Assembly (NCBI GenBank): GCA_902489595.1
Contig: CABUAS010000001.1
Span: forward strand, 2,166 to 66,165
DNA: 64,000 bases
From: an uncultured Oscillospiraceae bacterium
Lineage (GTDB): Bacteria > Bacillota > Clostridia > Oscillospirales > Acutalibacteraceae
Reading direction: 5' to 3'
Shown here: piece after piece, positions 20,029 to 29,792 of the stretch
Layout of the letters: each line of letters starts with the position of its first letter
Numbering within the stretch: position 1 is the first letter of the stretch
Made by a program: the position numbers and the translations under genes
Notes under the pieces: model-generated
What the model saw: only the letters and a program-made list of their open reading frames with translations
What the model was told of the DNA's origin: nothing
Databases searched by the model: none

Positions 20029-20851
20029 AAAAATCAGATTAGAAGAAATACAGGGCTTGGAATTAGATATTCTCAGCAAAGTTTTAAAATTTTTTGATGA
20101 AAACAACATCAGTTATTTTACAAGCGGCGGAACTACTCTCGGTGCTGTACGCCACCACGGTTTTATTCCTTGGGATGATGATATTGATTTATATGTTCCG
20201 AGAAAAGATTATGATAAACTGATGGCAATTTCCAAAGGCATTCTTATTGACGGTTACATATCAATAAAATCCCCCGGCGACAAGGACTATATCTATCAGT
20301 ATTGCAAAGCCTGCAACGAAAACACAGTAATATATGAAAAAAATGTTTCAGACAAAAAATATGCAATAGGAATATTTATAGATATTTTTCCGCTTGACAA
20401 GCATTACAACAGTAAAATTAAAAACCGCTTTTTAATACTTAAAACACGATGGTACAGAAGTCTGCTTGAAACTGCGTCAAACCAAATAAATTTAAGCAAA
20501 AAAGGCAGTTTCAGATGGCTGTTCAAGCAGATTGTAAGAGCAATTCAAAAACCGCTGACAAAAAAGTGGACAGTTGAAAAAACAGCCGCTTATATTGACA
20601 ATATCGGCAGAAAAATGGAAAATGAAAACACAGATTATCTGGGCGACCTTGTTATGAAAGGCTCGGGGAATGACGATTACTACCCTGCTGAATACTTTAA
20701 AGACAGTGTTGACGGAGAATTTGAAGGATTAAAAATTAAAAACCCTGTTGGCTATAAAGAGTATTTAACAGAAATGTATGGGGATTATATGACTCTGCCC
20801 CCGAAAGAACAGCAGATTATGCACGGCTTTGATGCGTGGTTTATTGATTAA
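20021..20851 (+). CDS. LicD family phosphotransferase
   Basis: GGTTLGAVRHHGFIPWDDDIDLYVPRKDY is the LicD signature. Confidence 0.85.
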   Translation: MGRKIRLEEIQGLELDILSKVLKFFDENNISYFTSGGTTLGAVRHHGFIPWDDDIDLYVPRKDYDKLMAISKGILIDGYISIKSPGDKDYIYQYCKACNENTVIYEKNVSDKKYAIGIFIDIFPLDKHYNSKIKNRFLILKTRWYRSLLETASNQINLSKKGSFRWLFKQIVRAIQKPLTKKWTVEKTAAYIDNIGRKMENENTDYLGDLVMKGSGNDDYYPAEYFKDSVDGEFEGLKIKNPVGYKEYLTEMYGDYMTLPPKEQQIMHGFDAWFID

Positions 20852-20871
20852 AATTTATTGGTGAAAGGCAT

Positions 20872-21822
20872 ATGAAAAAAATTGCTTTAATTTCAACATA
20901 CTTTGGTTCTTTTCCGTCATATTTTCGGTTATGGCTTCAAAGTGCAGAGAAAAATGAAAACATAGACTTTTTTATTTACTCTGACTGCAAGCACGGAGAT
21001 TTGCCGAAAAATATTAAAATTATACCGACTGAATTTGACAATCTGAAAAATAAAATTCAGAATAAATTTGATTTTAAAATTAAACTTGAAACACCTTATA
21101 AACTATGCGATTATAAACCTGCTTTCGGTTATATTTTTGAAGAAGATATAAAAGGATACGATTACTGGGGTCACTTTGATTTAGACACAATACTTGGCAA
21201 ACTTGACGACTTTTTACCTGATGAAGAATATGAAAAAATATATTGTATGGGGCATCTTTGCATTTATCACAACACGCCCGAAAACAACAGGCGGTTTATG
21301 CTTGACGGCGCAATGAGTTACAAAGACGCATTTACCACAAACAATATTATGGTATTTGACGAACTTGACGGAATTCATAAAAAATATACTCTTTTAGGTA
21401 TTAAGAGTTACACCCCTCCGTGTTATGCCGACATCACAAAGTGGATTCATAAATTCAACCGTTCTTTAGTCGGAATTGCTCCGAAAGGATATGTTTACAA
21501 TTATAAAGAACAAGTTTTCTATTACGAAAACGGCGGTGTTTACAGGGCATATCTGAAAGACGGCGAAATCTGCACTCAGGAATTCAACTATATTCATTTC
21601 AGTTCAAGAAAAATGCCGATTCATTTTGAAAATGCCGAAAACTTTTTCATCACTCCCGACGGATTTTTTGAAAAAACAGCGCCCGTCTGCCGTGAAGATT
21701 TTGATAAATACAATTACACAAACGAAAAACTTGAAAAAAAGGCGCATAATGAATACAAAAAATGGCGCTTAAAGCGCAAAATCATCAAAATAACCACTTC
21801 CGTTAAGGAGAAAATTATATGA
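20872..21822 (+). CDS. capsule-locus protein of unknown function (possible glycosyltransferase-like; DUF6625-like from memory)
   Basis: N-terminus KIALISTYFGSFPSYFRLWLQSAEKNENIDFFIYSD recurs in polysaccharide loci. No motif I can assign with certainty. Confidence 0.5.
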   Translation: MKKIALISTYFGSFPSYFRLWLQSAEKNENIDFFIYSDCKHGDLPKNIKIIPTEFDNLKNKIQNKFDFKIKLETPYKLCDYKPAFGYIFEEDIKGYDYWGHFDLDTILGKLDDFLPDEEYEKIYCMGHLCIYHNTPENNRRFMLDGAMSYKDAFTTNNIMVFDELDGIHKKYTLLGIKSYTPPCYADITKWIHKFNRSLVGIAPKGYVYNYKEQVFYYENGGVYRAYLKDGEICTQEFNYIHFSSRKMPIHFENAENFFITPDGFFEKTAPVCREDFDKYNYTNEKLEKKAHNEYKKWRLKRKIIKITTSVKEKII

Positions 21823-22907
21823 ACATAGTTCATCTTCAGTTATCGGGCGGAATCGGAGGAATCTCTGTTTTAACAAGGGATTTAGCCGGAATTTCCGACA
21901 ATAATAATATATTTTACTTCCTTTTTGAGGGAGGCGTTATTGCCGACGATATGGCAAAAAACGGTTCTCTTGTTCACGTTGAAGACGGAAAACATTTTGC
22001 ATTTTTAAGCGAGGCAAAAAAGTTCACCGCTTTCTGCAAAAAAAATAATGCCGATGTGATTATTGCCCACTCAGGTTCGCCGATATGCCGTTTTCTTGCC
22101 ACCTATGCAAAAAAACATATAAAAAGTGCAAAATTACTCATTTATTTTCATTCAAACGCTTATCTCGGCAGCTACAAAAACAAAATCAAAAAAATTCTTG
22201 ACGATAAAATAGAAAAATCGGCTTTCAAAAACTGCGAAAATGCAGTTGCGATTTCAGATTCGGTTAAAGAAAGTTTTGTGAAAAAATACAGTTTTGACCA
22301 TGATAAAATCAAAGTTGTCTACAACGGCGTTGATACTGAAAAATTTCTTCCCGATTTTAATAAACCAACAGCCTGTTTTACAATTTCATATGTCGGCAGA
22401 GTGCTGAAATTCAAAGGAATTCACACACTTATTGAGGCTGCCGCATTACTGCCGTACAACGATATAAAAATTCAGATTATCGGCAGAGCATATGACGGTT
22501 ATGACAAAGAACTGACTGCACTTGCAAAAGAAAAAAATATTGCCGACCGTATAAATCTCTGCGGCGCTCAGACCGATATTGAAAAATGGCTTGCAAAATC
22601 CTGCCTGTTTGTTCACCCGACAATGGCAGAAGAGGGTTTCGGTCTTACGCTTGTTGAGGCGCTTGCGTGCGGTGTGCCGTGCGCTGCATTTGACGAGGGT
22701 GCAATGCGTGAAATAATTACCGACGGCAAAAACGGTTTTATATCTAAGAAAATGACTGCCGAAGGGCTTGCAAAGGCAATAGAAAAAGTATATCTGCTTT
22801 GGAAAAACGATTATGGCAGTTACATAGAAATGTGTAAATATTCAAACATCAGCGCAAAACGCTTTGAACTCAGAAATACACTTAAAAATTTAGAAAGCCT
22901 GTATTAA
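21819..22907 (+). CDS. glycosyltransferase, GT4 family
   Basis: GT-B fold, EEGFGLTLVEALACGVPC motif. Confidence 0.85.
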   Translation: MNIVHLQLSGGIGGISVLTRDLAGISDNNNIFYFLFEGGVIADDMAKNGSLVHVEDGKHFAFLSEAKKFTAFCKKNNADVIIAHSGSPICRFLATYAKKHIKSAKLLIYFHSNAYLGSYKNKIKKILDDKIEKSAFKNCENAVAISDSVKESFVKKYSFDHDKIKVVYNGVDTEKFLPDFNKPTACFTISYVGRVLKFKGIHTLIEAAALLPYNDIKIQIIGRAYDGYDKELTALAKEKNIADRINLCGAQTDIEKWLAKSCLFVHPTMAEEGFGLTLVEALACGVPCAAFDEGAMREIITDGKNGFISKKMTAEGLAKAIEKVYLLWKNDYGSYIEMCKYSNISAKRFELRNTLKNLESLY

Positions 22908-22910
22908 TTT

Positions 22911-23822
22911 ATGTTAGGAATTGCAATTATAAACTACAACCAGCCGCAGAAAACGATTAACTGCATTAACTCAATTTTCAAAACGGTTAAGGCTGATTAC
23001 AAAATTTATCTGCTTGACAATAACTCGGCAGACAATTCTGCCGAAATTCTTGAAAATGAATATAAAAACGAAAAGCGTGTTGAATTTTTTAAATCAGATA
23101 CTAACACAGGCTATGCAAACGGCAACAATTTTTGTATTGAAAAAGCAAAGGCAGGCGGATGTGAATATATCCTTATTTCAAATAACGACATTATTTTTGA
23201 TAAAAACACGGTGGACACGCTTTTAAACGAAATAAAAGCATCCGATTATCTTGCCATTGCCCCTGCCTTAAAAACGCCAAAAGGCGCAGGTCAGCAGAAT
23301 ATAAAAAAAAGTTGCCCTGATTTTAAAAGATATATAATGAGCGAAACTTATCTTCGCAATTTTGATAAAAAAAGAAAGTACCAAAACACTTATTTCCCGA
23401 AAAAATCAGAAGAAGTCTACTGGATTTCAGGCGCAGTATTTATTGCCGATATGAAAAAATTTGAAGATATAGGATTTTTTGACAAAAATACATTTCTCTA
23501 TTTTGAAGAATACATAATTTCGGAAAAAGCAGTAAAAAAAGGATACAAACTCGCAATAGAGCCTGCTGTGTGCGCTTATCACTACCACGGCGCATCAACA
23601 GGCGGCAACGCAAATCTTTTTACACGGCTTGAAAATCTTAAATCAGAACTCTATTTTCTAAGCAATTATAAAAATTATTCAAACAGCAAATTAAGAAAAA
23701 TCAGATTTATCCGCTGTCTTGAAGTGCTTTTTACATTTACAAAAGAGCACAAACTGAAAGACGCGTTAAAATATATTAAAGAAAGTAAAAAAGTATTAAA
23801 GGTCAACAAGAATGAAAATTAA
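22911..23822 (+). CDS. glycosyltransferase, GT2 family
   Basis: IAIINYNQPQKTINCINSI, LLDNNSADNS and SNNDI (DxD-like) motifs. Confidence 0.85.
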   Translation: MLGIAIINYNQPQKTINCINSIFKTVKADYKIYLLDNNSADNSAEILENEYKNEKRVEFFKSDTNTGYANGNNFCIEKAKAGGCEYILISNNDIIFDKNTVDTLLNEIKASDYLAIAPALKTPKGAGQQNIKKSCPDFKRYIMSETYLRNFDKKRKYQNTYFPKKSEEVYWISGAVFIADMKKFEDIGFFDKNTFLYFEEYIISEKAVKKGYKLAIEPAVCAYHYHGASTGGNANLFTRLENLKSELYFLSNYKNYSNSKLRKIRFIRCLEVLFTFTKEHKLKDALKYIKESKKVLKVNKNEN

Positions 23823-25143
23823 GTACAACAAAAGCCCCATTTACAACATCATACTTTTTGTGTTTGTCACCGTTGCGGGATTATTTGAAATTGTTTCTTT
23901 CCCGATATTAAGTGATGAAAATATGCAATACAGTATTGTTTTCATTTTCTCGGTAGGGCTATTTTTTAACACAATGATTAATACACGAATAAGAAATATT
24001 ACAAAAACATATTCGATGTATTTTTATGCATTCCTGATATATCTTGCCTTTTTTATAATCGTGCACTGCTTTTACGGAGCAATTCATTATGACGAAGGCT
24101 TAAAATCACTTTACGCACCGGCAAAATTCTTTGGTTTCTTCTTTTTATTTGTTCCGCTTATTTATACGATTCATATCAACAACGGATATGAACAGCTGCT
24201 TAAAAATATTGCCGTAGCAACACTCATAATTATGGCATTTAAAACGCTTAAAGCATTCGCCTTTAACTTTGCGGGAATAAATATTTTAAATGCTATGAGC
24301 AGCGATACACGATACGACAGAATGCGTCTGGGATTTCCTGTTTTCGGTCCTCTTGTATTTATGTATTTTATAGACAAACTCCTTAATACAAAAATAAACA
24401 AAAGAAAATATTATCTTTACCTTGTAATTATTGCTTACTTTTTGTTCTTCCTTATTTATATCAATATGACAAGAATGAATATCATCGGCTACATTCTTAC
24501 GCTTACAATTATGATTTTATTCAGAAAAAGGCCTAAAAACAAGCAGATTGTTATAACAGTAGCCGTAGCATTTGCGGCAGCAATTCTTCTTTCATCAAAT
24601 ATGTTTGACAATTTCGTATCTACATTCTCCGAAACAGATGCAGAACTTGGTGTATCAACAATCGCCAGAAACAATTCAAACGAATACTTCAAGCAATTCC
24701 CGCAGCAAAATCAACTTTTAGGAATGGGATTTCTTGCAACCGACACGCCTATAAGAGAAGTTTTATTCTCGGGTGCTGACGGTTCATTCCACCTTGACGA
24801 CCTCGGAATCAAAAATATGTACTACCACTATGGTATTACCGGCATCATTCTCGCCGTTCTTGTGCTTGGCAGAATGCTGTATCTTGCAATTTATATTGTT
24901 TTCTTCAGCGAAAGCAAAAACAAACTTCTGGTTATTGGCATAACCGTTTTCATAACATTTACCCAACCGTCGCTTTGTATTTTTGACGGTCAGCGAATGA
25001 CATCGCTTGTACTGTACTGGGCAATTTTTGAATATGAATATGCCCATAATAAAAAAGTTAAACAAAAATTTGATATAAAAAACATTTTGTCAAGAAGAAG
25101 GAATATAAGTGAGCAACAGCAGCCGAAAGCAGAACTCAATTAA
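23812..25143 (+). CDS. Wzy-type polysaccharide polymerase / O-antigen ligase-like membrane protein
   Basis: Polytopic membrane protein with a large loop, lying between the GTs and the flippase. Confidence 0.7.
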   Translation: MKIKYNKSPIYNIILFVFVTVAGLFEIVSFPILSDENMQYSIVFIFSVGLFFNTMINTRIRNITKTYSMYFYAFLIYLAFFIIVHCFYGAIHYDEGLKSLYAPAKFFGFFFLFVPLIYTIHINNGYEQLLKNIAVATLIIMAFKTLKAFAFNFAGINILNAMSSDTRYDRMRLGFPVFGPLVFMYFIDKLLNTKINKRKYYLYLVIIAYFLFFLIYINMTRMNIIGYILTLTIMILFRKRPKNKQIVITVAVAFAAAILLSSNMFDNFVSTFSETDAELGVSTIARNNSNEYFKQFPQQNQLLGMGFLATDTPIREVLFSGADGSFHLDDLGIKNMYYHYGITGIILAVLVLGRMLYLAIYIVFFSESKNKLLVIGITVFITFTQPSLCIFDGQRMTSLVLYWAIFEYEYAHNKKVKQKFDIKNILSRRRNISEQQQPKAELN

Positions 25144-26650
25144 CTTAATAACAAACCTGCTTGCCTTTGTCATAAATGCAGGAATAAACTTTTTTCTGAC
25201 GCCGTATCTGCTGGAACAGCTCGGCACGGAATCATACGGCTTTATAGGGCTTGCAAACGATTTCGTAGGTTATGCAAACATTTTTGCAATGGCGCTCAAT
25301 ACAATGAGCGGGCGTTTTATTGCAGTAGCATATCACAGAGGCGAAAAAGAAAAAGCAAACCGCTATATGAATTCGGTGTTTATGGCAAACGTTATTTTAG
25401 GCGCAGTCGTTGCATTTGCAGGAATATTTATTGTATGGAAACTTGAATACATAATAAATATTCCGACCTACTTAATGAGCGATGTTAAAATAACATTTGC
25501 CCTTGTGTTTGCAAACTATCTTCTTTCAATAATCATCAGCGTACTCAACTGTGCACCGTTCATAAAAAATAAAATGAATCTTGTTTATATAAGAAATATT
25601 ATTTCCTATTTAATCAAACTCATTTTCACAATCGGTCTTTTGATGCTGTTTGATATCAAAATTTATATCATCAGCCTTGTAACGCTTATCTGCACCGTTT
25701 ATTTAATGGTTGCAAACGGTGTGATTTTCAAAAAATTACTGCCCGAATTTAAACTATCGTCAAAAGGCTTCAACCTTCAGATGATTAAAGAAATCCTGTC
25801 AAGCGGTATATGGATGTCACTTCTGTCGCTTTCAAACCTGCTGCTGTCAGGTCTTAACTCACTTCTTACAAACAAATTCATTTCACCTGTTGCAATGGGC
25901 TATCTTAATGTTTCAAAAACAATTCCGAACTACATAAGCCAGCTCGGTCAGCAGCTCGGCACGGTTTTTGCACCTGAATTTACAAAGCATTACGCCGAGG
26001 GCGAAATAGAGACATTAATTTCCGAGGCAAAAAAGGCAATCAAAATAATGAGCTTTATAATGATAGTTCCCGTTGCGGGCTTTATCGTTTTCGGAAATGA
26101 ATTTTACACACTGTGGCTTAAGGATTACACGGCAGATGAAATAAACACCGTTCAGGCACTTTCAATCATAATCACCGTACCGTATCTGATAAACGGAATC
26201 ATTTACCCGCTTGTGCAGATTCACAATGCACTCAATAAAATAAAACTGCCCGTTATTGCAACATTTGTAATCGGCATTATAAATATTCTTATCATTCTGC
26301 CTCTCGGCTACTTCAACAAATTAACACTTATTGCGCTTACTGTTTCAAGCTCGGTGCTTCAGTGCCTCAGAAATGCAGTGTTTCAGCCGATTTACGCCGC
26401 TAAAATTCTGAAACAGAAATGGTATATCTTTGTGCTTACCGAATTAAAATATTTTCTTGTTTTCGGCGTAATCGCATTATTATTTTATGTAGGAAAAAGT
26501 TTTATAAGCATATCATCGTGGCTTGCATTTATCATATGGATTGCTGTATTTGCAGTTATTGGCTACGCAGTATTGTCGTTAACAATATTCAGCAAAAGTG
26601 AATTAAAAGAATTAATTAAATCAATAAAATTAAAAATAAAAAGGCAGTGA
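25109..26650 (+). CDS. Wzx-type flippase (MOP superfamily)
   Basis: 513-aa protein of about 12-14 TM helices typical of polysaccharide flippases. GTG start. Confidence 0.8.
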   Translation: MSNSSRKQNSINLITNLLAFVINAGINFFLTPYLLEQLGTESYGFIGLANDFVGYANIFAMALNTMSGRFIAVAYHRGEKEKANRYMNSVFMANVILGAVVAFAGIFIVWKLEYIINIPTYLMSDVKITFALVFANYLLSIIISVLNCAPFIKNKMNLVYIRNIISYLIKLIFTIGLLMLFDIKIYIISLVTLICTVYLMVANGVIFKKLLPEFKLSSKGFNLQMIKEILSSGIWMSLLSLSNLLLSGLNSLLTNKFISPVAMGYLNVSKTIPNYISQLGQQLGTVFAPEFTKHYAEGEIETLISEAKKAIKIMSFIMIVPVAGFIVFGNEFYTLWLKDYTADEINTVQALSIIITVPYLINGIIYPLVQIHNALNKIKLPVIATFVIGIINILIILPLGYFNKLTLIALTVSSSVLQCLRNAVFQPIYAAKILKQKWYIFVLTELKYFLVFGVIALLFYVGKSFISISSWLAFIIWIAVFAVIGYAVLSLTIFSKSELKELIKSIKLKIKRQ

Positions 26651-27684
26651 CGGATATGACAACGCAAAAGCATATGGATTTAATTGATTTGCTGAAAGGG
26701 TTTGCCATTCTGTCGGTAATTTATCTCCACAGCGGATTTTCGGACAAAGTATCAAAAGCAGTGCTTGCACCGTTTCTGTTCAGTCTTGCCGTACCGATTT
26801 TTATGATTGTAAGCGGATTTACATATTCAGTTTCACTGTCAAAAATCAGTGATAATAAATGGGTTTTAAAATCTTATTACAGTTTTTCAAATCTATATAA
26901 AAAACTGATAAGAATTCTGCCCTGTTACCTGATTGTTTTTGCAGCGGAACTTATTCTTGACCCACCGAAAATTGACAGTTTTAAAAGCGTTGCAAAAATA
27001 TTTTACTATATGTTTACGGGCGGATATGTTTTTCCGGGCAGTTACTATATCCCCGTTTTAATTCAGTTAATTCTGATTTTTTCGCTTTTAAAAATTCTGT
27101 ATGACAAGTTAAAAGCAGCGTCATTTATCCCTGTTGCCGTATTTCAGTTGATTTATGAAATCTTAATTTATTACACAAGCTTTCCTAAACAGCTCTCAAG
27201 ACTGCTTATTGTAAGATATTTAGTACTGATTCTCGGCGGAATATTCATTTTTGATAAATATAAAAATGAAAAGCAGATTAAAAACAAATGGATTTACATT
27301 CTTTCGGCAATACTCGGAGCAGGATATATAATTGCAATAGGCTACTTTGATTTCACGCCTAAAGTTTTATTTACGGACTGGGCGTCAACTGCAATGCCGA
27401 CTGCACTTTATTTAGTGCCTGCTATAATGCTTGTTTTGTTTAAATTCGGTGAAAAAGAAGTAAAACCGATTTTCACCATACTCGGCAAAGCATCGTACCA
27501 CATTTATCTTATTCAGATGATATATTTCGGCATTGCCGTAAAAAGCATCGGCTTATCAAAGCCGCTGATAAATTTTGTTATCGGCACTGCATTTTCGGTT
27601 TCGCTTGGACTGATTATGTATTTTACCGAAAATAAAATAAGAAAATCAATAAAAAACAAACGCTCAAAAAGCGTGTTAAAATAA
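26647..27684 (+). CDS. acyltransferase family 3 (O-acyltransferase), copy 3
   Basis: DLIDLLKGFAILSVIYLHS AT3-type start, polytopic membrane protein. Confidence 0.8.
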   Translation: MTDMTTQKHMDLIDLLKGFAILSVIYLHSGFSDKVSKAVLAPFLFSLAVPIFMIVSGFTYSVSLSKISDNKWVLKSYYSFSNLYKKLIRILPCYLIVFAAELILDPPKIDSFKSVAKIFYYMFTGGYVFPGSYYIPVLIQLILIFSLLKILYDKLKAASFIPVAVFQLIYEILIYYTSFPKQLSRLLIVRYLVLILGGIFIFDKYKNEKQIKNKWIYILSAILGAGYIIAIGYFDFTPKVLFTDWASTAMPTALYLVPAIMLVLFKFGEKEVKPIFTILGKASYHIYLIQMIYFGIAVKSIGLSKPLINFVIGTAFSVSLGLIMYFTENKIRKSIKNKRSKSVLK

Positions 27685-27699
27685 AAAGGAGTAATAATT

Positions 27700-28569
27700 A
27701 TGTATGAAAACAAGCCATATGTTATAGCCGAGGCAGGCTGTAATCACAAAGGTGAAATGGAAATTGCAAAAGAACTTATCAGAGTTGCCGCTCAGATTTG
27801 CGGTGCTGACGCAATTAAGTTTCAAAAACGCTGCAACAGAGAACTTTTAACCGAGGAGCAGTATAATGCCCCCCACCCGAATCCAATAAACTCTTATGGT
27901 AAAACTTACGGCGAACACAGAGAATTCCTTGAATTTACCGTAGAGCAGCACGCCCAATTAAAAAAATGGTGTGAAGAATACGGTATAACATATTCAACCT
28001 CTGTCTGGGATTTGACATCGGCAAAGGAGATTGCAAGCCTTAAACCCGAATTTATTAAAATTCCGTCAGCCTGCAACAATCATTTTGAAATGCTTGAATG
28101 GCTCTGCGATAATTATGAGGGCGAAATTCAGTTATCTTTCGGTATGACAACACACGAAGAGGAAGAAGAAATCGTTCAGCTTTTTGAAAGAAAAGGCAGA
28201 AACAAAGACCTTGTTCTGTTTAACTGCACAAGCGGCTACCCCGTTCCGTTTGAGGACATCTGCCTGCTTGAAATCACAAGAATGAGAGAGCAGTATGCAG
28301 ACCGTGTTAAGAAAATCGGTTTCTCGGGTCATCATCTCGGCATTGCCGCAGACGTTGCCGCAATGGCACTCGGCGCAGAAGTTTTTGAACGCCACTATAC
28401 ACTTGACAGAACCTGGAAGGGCACAGACCATGCCGCTTCCCTTGAGCCTGACGGCGTAAGAAAGCTTGTTCGTGATTTAAACAACGTTCACAAAGCATTA
28501 ACCTTTAAATCACAGGAAATTCTGCCGATTGAGCAGGTACAGAGAGATAAATTAAAATTCAGAAAGTGA
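27700..28569 (+). CDS. NeuB-family nonulosonic acid (sialic acid/KDN-type) synthase, short form without SAF domain
   Basis: PYVIAEAGCNHKGEMEIAKELI...GADAIKFQK and SGHH motifs. At 289 aa it ends before the usual C-terminal SAF/antifreeze-like domain. Confidence 0.85.
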   Translation: MYENKPYVIAEAGCNHKGEMEIAKELIRVAAQICGADAIKFQKRCNRELLTEEQYNAPHPNPINSYGKTYGEHREFLEFTVEQHAQLKKWCEEYGITYSTSVWDLTSAKEIASLKPEFIKIPSACNNHFEMLEWLCDNYEGEIQLSFGMTTHEEEEEIVQLFERKGRNKDLVLFNCTSGYPVPFEDICLLEITRMREQYADRVKKIGFSGHHLGIAADVAAMALGAEVFERHYTLDRTWKGTDHAASLEPDGVRKLVRDLNNVHKALTFKSQEILPIEQVQRDKLKFRK

Positions 28570-28575
28570 TACCCG

Positions 28576-29718
28576 ATGAATGCTGCATTTATTCCCGTGA
28601 GGGGCGGAAGCAAATCAATCCCCCTCAAAAACATAAAAAAAATATGCGGTATGCCGCTTGTTTACTGGACCGTAAAGGCTGCCGCAGACTGTGAGCATAT
28701 CGACATTGTTTATGTTGCCACAGACAGTGAAATCATAGAAAAAACAGTTAAAGGCTTTAATCTGCCAAAGGTTATGGTAATCGGCAGGAGCGCCGAATCC
28801 GCAAGCGACACGGCTTCAACAGAGTTCGCAATGCTTGAATTTGCAGAAAACTATGATTTTGATAATATTACACTCATTCAGGCTACATCTCCCCTGCTGA
28901 CGGCAGAAGATTTGAACAAAGGCTTTGAACTTTTTGATGAACCCGATACAGACAGTGTTATTTCGGCGGTTCGTCAAAAGCGTTTTAACTGGCAGGTTGA
29001 TGAAAACGGCTTTGCAAGCCCGACAAATTATGACGTGTTCAACAGACCGAGACGGCAGGAATTTGACGGCTATCTTGTTGAAAACGGCGCTTTCTACATA
29101 ACATCAAAAGCAGATTTGCTGAAAAGCAAAAACCGTGTTTCAGGCAATATCAGAGCCGTTGAAATGAGTGAGGACACTTTTTTTGAGATTGACGAACCGT
29201 CTGACTGGATTATCATTGAAAGCCTGATGAAACGAAAAGGACTTCACAAAAACGAAATTCCCGAAATCAAAATGTTTTTGACAGACTGTGACGGCTGTCT
29301 GACCGACGCAGGAATGTACTACAGTGAATTCGGCGATGAACTTAAAAAATTCAACACTAAAGACGGAATGGCTTTCGGACTTATGAGAAAAAAAGGCATT
29401 CTGACAGGCATAGTTACAAGCGAAAGCGTTGAACTGAACAAGCGCAGAGCCGAAAAACTTAAACTTGATATTCTTCAGTCAGGCACAAAAAATAAAGTGC
29501 AGGCAATAAGCGCACTTTCTCAGAATTATAATATACCGCTTGAAAATATCTGCTATATCGGCGATGATGTAAACGACACTGATGTATTTGATATTGTGGG
29601 CTTTTCTGCCTGCCCTGCCGATGCTGTGTCACTTGCCAAATCAAAAGCATCATATATCACGTCTGCAAAAGGCGGCGAAGGCGTTATAAGAGAAGTTTAT
29701 GAGTTGATATTTGAATAA
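28576..29718 (+). CDS. fusion: CMP-nonulosonate cytidylyltransferase (NeuA-like) + HAD phosphatase (KdsC/NANP-like)
   Basis: N-terminus AFIPVRGGSKSIPLKNI (CTP_transf_3). C-terminal HAD motifs FLTDCDGCLTD and GDDVNDTD. Confidence 0.85.
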   Translation: MNAAFIPVRGGSKSIPLKNIKKICGMPLVYWTVKAAADCEHIDIVYVATDSEIIEKTVKGFNLPKVMVIGRSAESASDTASTEFAMLEFAENYDFDNITLIQATSPLLTAEDLNKGFELFDEPDTDSVISAVRQKRFNWQVDENGFASPTNYDVFNRPRRQEFDGYLVENGAFYITSKADLLKSKNRVSGNIRAVEMSEDTFFEIDEPSDWIIIESLMKRKGLHKNEIPEIKMFLTDCDGCLTDAGMYYSEFGDELKKFNTKDGMAFGLMRKKGILTGIVTSESVELNKRRAEKLKLDILQSGTKNKVQAISALSQNYNIPLENICYIGDDVNDTDVFDIVGFSACPADAVSLAKSKASYITSAKGGEGVIREVYELIFE

Positions 29719-29761
29719 AAAATAACGGCGGGCTGAAAGCAGCCCGCCTTACGGTTAAGTG

Positions 29762-29792
29762 GAGGACCCTGTTCCTCCCTTTGTTTTTTTGT
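29762..29792 (+). terminator. terminator closing the capsule operon
   Basis: GGAGGA-CCCTGT-TCCTCC followed by CTTTGTTTTTTT. Confidence 0.55.
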
